Notes: generated by a model not told the origin, from the sequence alone. 64,000 nt of DNA from Nitrososphaeria archaeon (GCA_963752255.1 CAVVXT010000010.1:32001-96000), one strand, 5' to 3'. Positions 9,907 through 17,673 are shown, counted from the first letter of the stretch. Translations and numbers: made by a program.

Positions 9907-11041
9907 ATGGGTCAAGTGAATATCTTGAGAAAATCTGGTGTTGCTGACCTTCCACTTCATGGAGGAAGATGTCCAAAGTGGCTTTTTCCAAGAATGGTGA
10001 AGCTCTCAAAAGAAATCTCAGAAACAATAATTCTCGAGTTCGGTAAGCAAGAATTCCTAAGAAGAATTTCAGACCCCTTTTTCTTCCAATCCTTTGGATG
10101 CGTAGTAGGATTTGACTGGCACAGTTCAGGTCTAACAACGACGTTGACGGGAGCACTCAAGGAGGCGTTAAATGTAGAAGAACATGGAATCGCAGTCTGT
10201 GGGGGAAAGGGAAGAACATCCAGAAAGACTCTGGAGGAACTTGACGGAGCAGGTCAGAGCTTCTCCTTTTCAGGAGACAAGATCGAGAAACTAAAGTACA
10301 CAAGCAAGATAGTTGCCAAAGTGGATAACACCGCGATACAGTCAGGTTACCAGCTTTATCATCACGTTTTCTTTGTTGATGATAAAGGAAGATGGGCTGT
10401 TGTCCAACAAGGTATGAACCCTGCTAACAGGTATGCCAGAAGATATCATTGGCTTTGTGATGAAGTGCAAAGCTTTGTCGTCGAGCCCCATTCGGCGATC
10501 GTCGGAGACAGGGTTGAAAAGGCTGTTCTGAATCTGACTTCCGTTAAAAGCATAGAAACACAGAAGACGATAACTGATGTTTCGAAGGAAAAACCATATA
10601 GAATACAGAGTATGTTACAAGAATTACATGATAGATCCAGTACCACACTTCTAGACTGGATTAACCCTTCCATAAAGAAGTTTGGAGCAAGCTATCTCTC
10701 TATGCCTAGGGACGTTGATTGGGAAGGGGTTAGACAACTTTATGAGAGACAGGCGAGAAACTTCGAGGAAGTTCTGATGACGCATAGGGTTGGACCTAAC
10801 ACTATGAAGAGCACTAGCATTGATTTCAAATCTAATTTATGGAACTGAAATAGACTGGAAAGATCCAATAAAATATAGTTTTACTGTAGGAGGAAAAGAT
10901 GGAGTACCCTTTCCAGTAGATAGAGATGCATATGATAACTCTACTGAATTCCTAAAGGAAGCCATAGAAGATGCAAGAATAGGGAAGGACGAACAGGTTA
11001 AAGCTTTGAGAAGGTTGGGCGATTTAGAAGCGAAGTTTTAA
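9907..11041 (+). CDS. DUF763 domain protein, split by one extra A near 10807
   Basis: ADLPLHGG, DWHSSG.TT, QQGMN and ARRYHW motifs; removing one A gives VGPNTMRALALISNLIYG...GGKDGVPFPVD. Confidence 0.9.
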
Positions 11042-11067
11042 TAGATAAAGAACGGTGGAGTTTTAGA

Positions 11068-12024
11068 ATGGCCGAAGATAGCAAATATGATGTAATCATT
11101 GTTGGCGCAGGAGTTTCAGGGCTTACGGCAGGAATCTATTCCTGCCGCAGGAATCTCAAGACACTAATAATATCCAAAGATATCGGAGGACAGGCTCTGA
11201 TCGCAAAGGAGATAGAAAATTATCCTGGATTCGAAAGATCAAGCGGCGCAGATCTCGTGCAGAAGGTCTTGGAGCAGGCTCAAAACTTTGGCACCGAAAT
11301 TGTTTTAGACGAAGTCAAATCTGTAACGAAAAAAGGTGAAGGAGAATTTCATATTCAAACAGTACAGGGAGAGTATTTTGCAAAGGCAGTTATTATTGCT
11401 TCAGGAAAGATCTCAAGGGATCTGAATGTACCTGGTGAAGAAAGGTTCAAAGGTATGGGGGTGTCTTATTGCGCTACATGTGATGCTCCGTTATACAAAG
11501 ACAAGAAAGTTTTGGTTGTAGGCGATGGAAGCTACGCCTTTGATGCCGTAGTTCTTCTGTCAAAATATGCAAAAGAAGTTCACTTTGCAACCAAGAGGAA
11601 AGATCTACCAATTGAAGAGGAGAATATCAACCTTATTATGGGAGCTAAAAATGTTTCCATATATTATGACACAAACGTTAAAGAAGTGAAGGGGACATTT
11701 AAAGTCGTTTCAGTTGTTCTAGAATTAACTGGGAAAAATGCTTTTGAACTACCAATCGATGGCATCTTTGTTGAATTAGGATATGTAATCAAGGTCGATC
11801 CATTCAGGAACTTGGTAACACTAGATGAGAGAAAACAGATAATTATAACAAATAAGAATGAGACCTTTACACCGGGAGTGTTTGCTTCAGGAGACGTTAC
11901 AAACACTCCCTTCAAACAGTTCGTGATTTCGGCTTCGGAAGGCGCCAAAGCAGCCCTTTCAACCTACGAATACATACAAAAGATTTCAGGAAAATCTGCA
12001 GTAACGATCGACTGGCACAAATAA
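11068..12024 (+). CDS. trxB: Thioredoxin-disulfide reductase
   Basis: GAGVSG, IENYPG, GVSYCATCD redox motif and GVFASGD. Confidence 0.9.
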   Translation: MAEDSKYDVIIVGAGVSGLTAGIYSCRRNLKTLIISKDIGGQALIAKEIENYPGFERSSGADLVQKVLEQAQNFGTEIVLDEVKSVTKKGEGEFHIQTVQGEYFAKAVIIASGKISRDLNVPGEERFKGMGVSYCATCDAPLYKDKKVLVVGDGSYAFDAVVLLSKYAKEVHFATKRKDLPIEEENINLIMGAKNVSIYYDTNVKEVKGTFKVVSVVLELTGKNAFELPIDGIFVELGYVIKVDPFRNLVTLDERKQIIITNKNETFTPGVFASGDVTNTPFKQFVISASEGAKAALSTYEYIQKISGKSAVTIDWHK

Positions 12025-12142
12025 ACATAATTAAGTCTAAAAAACTAGTATCGAAAAAAGGAATAGTAAATTAATCCTTTAAAACATCTATCAAGTAGCT
12101 GCAATCAATAAGATTTTTATTACCAGTTCATCAAGATGTGTT

Positions 12143-13447
12143 ATGCCCAGTTTAGAAGAATTTATTCGAGATCTTTGGATAATGGATTCTCATGAACATG
12201 TCGCACAAGAGAAGGAAAGGATTGCACAGCGTGCTGACCCTCTTCAAATATTTTTGGCACATTACGCTTCATCAGACCTTATTTCGGCTGGATTCACTTT
12301 TGACGATTATGGAAGAGCAGTCAATCTGGATCTTCCACTTCTTAAACGATGGAATATTATAGAACCCTTTTGGTCCAAAGCTCAGAACACCGCCTACTTC
12401 AATTCTCTCAAGATTGCCATTAAGGACATTTATGGCATGGAAGAAGTCAACGCAGGGACAATACAGGAACTTTCTGATAGAATGAACAATATGAATAAGA
12501 AGGGACTTTATAGAAAAATTTTAAAAGATAAAGCAAAAATTGAACGTTCAATATTTGATGGAATAACTGACATAGTGGATGTAGATAAAGAATTCTTCGC
12601 ACCTGTCGTTAGACTTGAAGACTTCATAATGATACGGAGTAGGGAGAACATTAGAAGTGTAAGCCAGATGTTAAAGGTGCCAATACATTCCCTAAAGGAA
12701 CTAGAGAGGGCTTTGGAAATCAGAGTAGAAGGTATTTTGGATAAGATTGTAGGCTTTAAGATCGCTTTAGCTTATAAAAGGGAGATCTTTTTTGAAAAGG
12801 TTACATTTTATGACGCAGAAAAGGTATTTAATAAAATAATGAGTTCTAAGGATACATACATAAGATATACAAGGTCTGATGGTGTCCGAGTTACTTTACC
12901 AGACGAAATTTCGATAGAAGAAGGACGCTGTCTACAAGATTACATGGTTCACAAGATGCTCCAACTGGCTTCGAAGTATTCCCTACCGGTTCAAGTTCAC
13001 ACGGGTCTACAGGAGGGAAACCTGAACCTAGTCAGTAACTCTAACCCTCTTCTACTTGCCAACTTGTTTATGGAATATGATGATGTCAAGTTTGATGTTT
13101 TCCATGGATCGTATCCGTACATAAAGGAGCTTGCAGCAATTGCAAAGAACCTTGCCAACGTTTACGCTGACCTAAGCTGGCTACATATAGTTTCACCAAC
13201 TTCAGCAAAGGAAGCATTGAGAGACTGGTTGGACACCATCCCATCGAATAAGATACTGGGATTCGGTGGAGACTACAGATTTGTAGAGGGAATATACGCT
13301 CATTCGAGGATGGCCAGAGAGGACATAGCAGCCGTTCTAAGAGAAAAGATAAATGAAGGAAGGTTCAGTGAAGAAGAAGCAAAACGAATTGCCAGAATGA
13401 TTCTAAGAGACAACATCCTAGAAGTATTCAACAGAGTAAAAGTTTGA
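12143..13447 (+). CDS. Amidohydrolase superfamily protein (uronate isomerase-like)
   Basis: DSHEH, QVHTG, FHGSYPY, and KILGFGGD metal-binding motifs. Confidence 0.85.
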   Translation: MPSLEEFIRDLWIMDSHEHVAQEKERIAQRADPLQIFLAHYASSDLISAGFTFDDYGRAVNLDLPLLKRWNIIEPFWSKAQNTAYFNSLKIAIKDIYGMEEVNAGTIQELSDRMNNMNKKGLYRKILKDKAKIERSIFDGITDIVDVDKEFFAPVVRLEDFIMIRSRENIRSVSQMLKVPIHSLKELERALEIRVEGILDKIVGFKIALAYKREIFFEKVTFYDAEKVFNKIMSSKDTYIRYTRSDGVRVTLPDEISIEEGRCLQDYMVHKMLQLASKYSLPVQVHTGLQEGNLNLVSNSNPLLLANLFMEYDDVKFDVFHGSYPYIKELAAIAKNLANVYADLSWLHIVSPTSAKEALRDWLDTIPSNKILGFGGDYRFVEGIYAHSRMAREDIAAVLREKINEGRFSEEEAKRIARMILRDNILEVFNRVKV

Positions 13448-13544
13448 TTTATCTCCGAATAGATAAGCAACAGGTCGGTTGGATTTTCAACTAAATACAA
13501 CGGAGTCCATATTATTTAAATGCTAAATAAATAGGTACCAACCT

Positions 13545-13886
13545 ATGCTTGAATACGAATATAAATATCCGTTAGAAGTCTTGGATAGTTATCTTTATCG
13601 TAACTTGCGTAGGGATATTAGTGGTAGGATAATATCCGATAATATTACTTGGTTTAAATTGGGAAGAACGACTAGAAATTATATAGTAGATAAAATACTA
13701 AGAGAAATGGAGTCTGTAGTTAAAGAGCTCTGTCCAAAAACAGAACTGGCCTATCACGATACTTCGGGGAACCGCTGGGTATTTCTTGTTTTCAAAGGCA
13801 GTCCTAGTGCTGCTGAACTAAGACAGATGCAGAGAGCTTATGAAGCAGTATTTGATCCTACATTTATGCGTTGGAGAGTTAGCTGA
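13545..13886 (+). CDS. Hypothetical protein (113 aa)
   Basis: ATG ORF with TATA-like tttaaa at 13515-13520; no recognisable motif. Confidence 0.6.
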   Translation: MLEYEYKYPLEVLDSYLYRNLRRDISGRIISDNITWFKLGRTTRNYIVDKILREMESVVKELCPKTELAYHDTSGNRWVFLVFKGSPSAAELRQMQRAYEAVFDPTFMRWRVS

Positions 13887-13999
13887 AGTTTTCTGTATAA
13901 ACTCTCGTCAATTTCTCACAAGATTATCAAGCTCTCTTCGTGACATCAAAAAAGCACACATGTATCTTAAGATAAAAATTAATATTCTTTTAGAGAAGC

Positions 14000-14488
14000 C
14001 TATTCTTTATGAATTGGATTATCCGATTTCTGTTGAGGTAGAAGATCGTCTTTTACTATATATTGTGCTGGTTCAATCTTGGTTACAGTATATTCTTGAC
14101 GTTGGACTGGGGGTATAATTAGTAATATCTTTTTGAGAGCCATTCTTCCTTTGAGACGTTTTATCAGATTATATAGATTTTTGCCGCTCATCTGATCAAG
14201 CCCAGCTTCAACCTTTCTGTAGATCGACATAAGCTCGGCCTTCCTTCTCTCCCAGTCTTCTTTCCCGACTTCGGCTAAAGTGCTGGCAGCGTTGCTCTTA
14301 GGAAAGATGAATGCTGGCAGAATTAAGCTCAGATCTATCAATTTATCAAACATATCCTCCCCTGCCCCTTCAATCTTTGCTAGGATCATTTCTCTAACGA
14401 TATTGGCGAGCTTCTTCTTCATTTCAGCATCTACTTTAGCCACCTCTTCAATCGTGGGGGTGAACCTCACGTGGACGTCTTCACCCAA
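14000..14488 (-). CDS. Hypothetical alpha-helical protein (162 aa)
   Basis: Start overlaps the stop of 14481..15731 (translational coupling); protein-like composition. Confidence 0.7.
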   Translation of the reverse strand: MGEDVHVRFTPTIEEVAKVDAEMKKKLANIVREMILAKIEGAGEDMFDKLIDLSLILPAFIFPKSNAASTLAEVGKEDWERRKAELMSIYRKVEAGLDQMSGKNLYNLIKRLKGRMALKKILLIIPPVQRQEYTVTKIEPAQYIVKDDLLPQQKSDNPIHKE

Positions 14489-15731
14489 GCCCTATCGCCG
14501 AATCCATTGAGGAGATCAGGTTTTTAAGAGATTCCTCGATCTGCCCGCCGACCGGATGACCCTTCAGCCAAGACCCGAACGCATCCAGCAGGATCCTCAT
14601 CGCTGGGAGGACTTCATACCTGTCGCCCTTCGACCCCTCAACAAGCTTCAGCAGGGGCCACATCACGTCAAACCTGCCAACCTGCTTACCAAACTCCTCA
14701 GCCTTAGACAACCTTTCTATCGCCGGGTTCACCTTATCCAGTATGCCCTGCAGCCTTTCTAGAGGCTCTTCAGTCAGGGACTTCAGCTCTGACGCATCCC
14801 TTTTCGCATTTTCATTCATTTCTTTCGTGTTCGCCTTGACATCTTCCTTCAGCTTAACCAGGAGATCTTCCACTTCTTGGGACGCCTTCCTTATCTGTGG
14901 TATGATGCTGTTCGTGATTGTGCTGACTCGATGCCTGCGCCAAAGCCTTCGTTTTCTCGAGACCGCCGACTTCCTCAAGAGGTCAGCCTTCCTCCCTTCT
15001 AGGTTCGATACTTCGGAGCCAAGTTTCTTTAGCGTTGAAGAGACCTCCCCAACTTCAGAGACGTAGGCGATCAGTTTACGTAGGTCAAACCCCTGTTCTC
15101 CGCCGCCCTTCAGCATGTTGGAGAGCTTGTGAACATCTCGGATATCTTGTGAAAACTGCGCCAGCGTGCTTCTGGCTTTCACATACTCAATTAGGTCTTC
15201 GATTGTGGCCTTCTTCTGCGCCAGCGCGTTTTCCCTTTCTTCTGCAGCCTTCGCAGACTCCGCCTTCAACTCTTTAATCTGCTGCTCCAACTTGGAGGTC
15301 TCCTTCTTCTTGGACCTATAATCATTGATGAGCTCTTCATATCTTATGCCTGTATTGGCGTACAAGTTGGATAGCTCAATGGCGTAGCGTGAGACATGTT
15401 CTGGACTGTAGCCTAAATCTATGGATGTCTGATAGAACTTGGCTATAAAGCCCTCGGAATCTGCTTCACCCACTTTCATCTTCCTGAGCAGGGAGACGAT
15501 GTTTACACCCTCAACGGCCTGTTCTACGGTGATGTTTTCACGTCTGAGCTGGATCGAAATTTCCCTGAGCCTCTCCCCTTCTGGCCCAACTTCTCTTTTC
15601 AACCCGTCCCATATCTTGGATACGTAGCCACCTGAGACGGAGCACGCCTCAGCTGTTTCATCCCTCTTGGTGCCAAGGAGGTAGGCCCTGACTATCTTCA
15701 CATCGGTTTCAGACGGTATCCTTCTGACCAT
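14481..15731 (-). CDS. N-terminal HTH domain plus long coiled-coil protein (416 aa)
   Basis: YLLGTKRDETAEACSVSGGYVSKIW fits an HTH pattern; E/K/L heptads over about aa 130-345; TATA (ttaaata on minus strand, 15754-15760) just upstream. Confidence 0.8.
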   Translation of the reverse strand: MVRRIPSETDVKIVRAYLLGTKRDETAEACSVSGGYVSKIWDGLKREVGPEGERLREISIQLRRENITVEQAVEGVNIVSLLRKMKVGEADSEGFIAKFYQTSIDLGYSPEHVSRYAIELSNLYANTGIRYEELINDYRSKKKETSKLEQQIKELKAESAKAAEERENALAQKKATIEDLIEYVKARSTLAQFSQDIRDVHKLSNMLKGGGEQGFDLRKLIAYVSEVGEVSSTLKKLGSEVSNLEGRKADLLRKSAVSRKRRLWRRHRVSTITNSIIPQIRKASQEVEDLLVKLKEDVKANTKEMNENAKRDASELKSLTEEPLERLQGILDKVNPAIERLSKAEEFGKQVGRFDVMWPLLKLVEGSKGDRYEVLPAMRILLDAFGSWLKGHPVGGQIEESLKNLISSMDSAIGLG

Positions 15732-15742
15732 GTTATTATTCT

Positions 15743-15845
15743 GTCCTATCAGCTATTTAAGCCGTCATATCCGTCATATTGGTCATAACATCCGTCATAT
15801 CCGTCATATCAGTCATATCATTAAGGGTGTTCGTCATATCAGTCA
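15743..15845. repeat. Cluster of 9-bp direct repeats GTCATATC(C/A) (operator/iteron-like)
   Basis: GTCATA at 15764, 15773, 15782, 15794, 15803, 15812 and 15833, with variants at 15743 and 15842; arranged as two 30-bp triplets (15762-15791, 15792-15821). Confidence 0.9.
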
Positions 15846-16013
15846 GGCCGTTTAATTGGGCGCCCGAGCCTGCCGTTCTAATTTTATTTGCGATAAATCA
15901 TATCGAGCCCTTAACACAGCATTTATTTTGTTAAATCGTTCACTTCATCACCTAAAGATGCTTTGCTGGGATGTACTGGGGTGCACGGGGTTCAGCTGTC
16001 AAGTTTGCCGTTA

Positions 16014-16043
16014 ATAGGGTACCCTATCGGCGCTAACTTTAAG
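16014..16043 (+). promoter_or_regulatory. Perfect 14-bp palindrome ATAGGGTACCCTAT upstream of a TATA-like TTTAAG
   Basis: Palindrome at 16014-16027, flanked by GCCG/CGGC; TTTAAG at 16038-16043, about 27 nt before ATG 16070. Confidence 0.6.
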
Positions 16044-16069
16044 AGCTGCCGAGCCATAACTTATTGGAC

Positions 16070-16660
16070 ATGTCGTTCGTCGTATGCCCGCTGTGCGGTA
16101 GGATGGTTAGTTTAAGGACGTTCGATCCTCAGTCATTGGACCTTAACGTCTACGTTCAGGACGTTAAGGGGCTCGGTAGGGGTAGGGGGTTCAAGGTCGT
16201 CGGCCGAGGTTCAGCCCTCGATAGGCCGTCGGTCACGGGGCCGATAAAGGGTAGGCTTCTCGACCTGTCGCTGATGCTGTACAACGAGGGGCTTCTGTCT
16301 AAGGAGGAGGTGGCTGAAAGGTTTGGCCTGGTCCTGCCTGAGAATTATGAGACACTCGAAGATGAGCGTGACGCGTTGCAGGCCGATCTCGAAGAGACGG
16401 AGGGCCGGCTTAAAGATGCTGAAGGCAAGCTCGCTAAGGTGAAGCATGAGCTTGAGGAGGCTAACGAAGGTTTCTCAGACAGGATGAACGAGTTAACCGA
16501 CCTCATAGCTAAAGCGTTGGAGGAGGACATCACAGGCTGGGAGGTCAGAGTAGAAGGAGAAGATGAAGATGGGGATAAGGCCTATGCTACACTTAGATAC
16601 GGTTTAGAAAGGTTAATAGACGACTATGGCGCTCTTGAAGCTATGCAGGAGGAATCCTGA
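16070..16660 (+). CDS. Hypothetical protein with N-terminal CPLCG knuckle, GLGRGRGF motif and acidic coiled coil
   Basis: ORF 16064..16660 with ATG at 16070; stop overlaps the next start (TGATG). Confidence 0.75.
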   Translation: MSFVVCPLCGRMVSLRTFDPQSLDLNVYVQDVKGLGRGRGFKVVGRGSALDRPSVTGPIKGRLLDLSLMLYNEGLLSKEEVAERFGLVLPENYETLEDERDALQADLEETEGRLKDAEGKLAKVKHELEEANEGFSDRMNELTDLIAKALEEDITGWEVRVEGEDEDGDKAYATLRYGLERLIDDYGALEAMQEES

Positions 16661-17166
16661 TGGCAGAAGCATCCAGCAAGACAGGAGATCAAGAGGAAAT
16701 TTCAGCATGCAGCCTGGATAGTCTCAGTAAGCTTTGTGAGAAACACTCTAAGATATTGTTCATTGCCACTAAAGAGGATAGGAAGTGCTTCGTTCAAAAG
16801 TTCACGAAGGGCTGTTCACTCGATGACATCAAAATCGTTCCAGTGCAGGCCGGTGGATCCTGTGAAATCAACGGAAAACTTGGGCTTGAAGCTCCCTCAG
16901 CAGTACTTATGGAAAAAGGGGAGGTGAAGTGCAGAATTCCCTTGGAGGACGACGATGTTACAGATACCGCTCATTTGATGAAGGCTTTGTCGGAGAAACC
17001 GTCAGATGTTAGCACGTGTGGGGCCGAGTTAAAAGTCAATGCAAAGACGTGGGGGTTAAAACTTCAACCGACTCAACCTTGCAAGAGGGAAATTTCCAAC
17101 CTGTCCAAGCTACCGCATCATGCCCAGAAGTATTTTACTGAGCATATAGAAACGGGAGAAAAGTGA
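16660..17166 (+). CDS. Cys-rich hypothetical protein, possible degenerate thioredoxin fold
   Basis: KLGLEAPSAVLMEKGEVKCRI resembles the thioredoxin cis-Pro/beta-hairpin motif; no CxxC. Confidence 0.65.
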   Translation: MAEASSKTGDQEEISACSLDSLSKLCEKHSKILFIATKEDRKCFVQKFTKGCSLDDIKIVPVQAGGSCEINGKLGLEAPSAVLMEKGEVKCRIPLEDDDVTDTAHLMKALSEKPSDVSTCGAELKVNAKTWGLKLQPTQPCKREISNLSKLPHHAQKYFTEHIETGEK

Positions 17167-17260
17167 ACATATGTAAACGCTACAGGGATCGTGCTCTTAG
17201 TTTGTACCCTATTATAGTTATGATTCCCTAACTAGTTGTAGGTTCAAACTAGAATGTTTG

Positions 17261-17424
17261 ATTCATGATCTGATCTATTCTCATTGAAATTCTATATCGC
17301 ATTTGCAAACATCATAGTCTTCCGCTGTTTTAATCGAACTATAATAGGATTGAAAGACCTACTACGTTTACGTGCAGCTACCTCGTTGAGGGGGGGTGTT
17401 GATGATCTTTGACTGTTTAGAAAC
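17261..17424 (+). CRISPR. Orphan CRISPR-like mini-array / solitary repeat unit (one intact 30-bp repeat, two highly degenerate flanking repeats)
   Basis: GTTTTAATCGAACTATAATAGGATTGAAAG at 17327-17356. ATTGAAAT ends at 17290, leaving a 36-bp gap. TAGAAAC ends at 17424, leaving a gap of about 38 bp. Confidence 0.5.
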
Positions 17425-17447
17425 TATCCGACGACATGCTCTACGTA

Positions 17448-17471
17448 TGGGTTCAAATCCCACCGGACCCG
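17448..17471 (+). other. tRNA 3'-end fragment (T-arm plus acceptor strand), att-site-like
   Basis: TGGG-TTCAAAT-CCCAC-CGGACCC-G, with no matching 5' half (GGGTCCG plus D and anticodon arms) upstream. Confidence 0.7.
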
Positions 17472-17673
17472 CACCCAATTCTTCTCTGTTCATTATATTT
17501 ACGAGTAAATTATTGCCTAAATCCAACCCCCTACAATATCTATTTTACATTGATAAGATTCTTATTGTGAGAGAAAAATATTTGCCAAGAGTCCTTGTAG
17601 CTTTTAGAGGGAATAGATGTTTCAAAAAAAATCAGCATACAACAAAGTCGTTCCGTTCATTCGAATGTCAATT

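Larger units (their letters stand above)
13545..17471. mobile_element. Putative integrated-element remnant / genomic islet
   Basis: Five unknown ORFs, visibly higher GC over about 14.2-17.1 kb, iteron-like repeats, a CRISPR-type repeat and a tRNA 3' fragment at the right edge; no integrase seen and the left border is uncertain. Confidence 0.55.

Noticed and set aside
9835-9960. Long N-terminal extension of the M20 ORF
   Set aside because: Overlaps the divergent DUF763 gene and promoter region; ATG 9834 is the more plausible start.
13840-14118. 92-aa plus-strand ORF bridging two islet genes, and the many other short antisense ORFs in the track
   Set aside because: They overlap better-supported genes on the opposite strand or in another frame and lack motifs.
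13545-17166. Islet proteins as Cas, TnpB/IscB, integrase or ParA
   Set aside because: No RuvC, HNH, RAMP G-loop, R-H-R-Y or Walker A pattern recognised; remote homology cannot be excluded without profile searches.
17291-17394. Self-targeting of the putative spacers within this window
   Set aside because: Only 6-9 nt matches found by eye (e.g. TGCGATA near 15889, CCCTCAACG near 15508), which is expected by chance.
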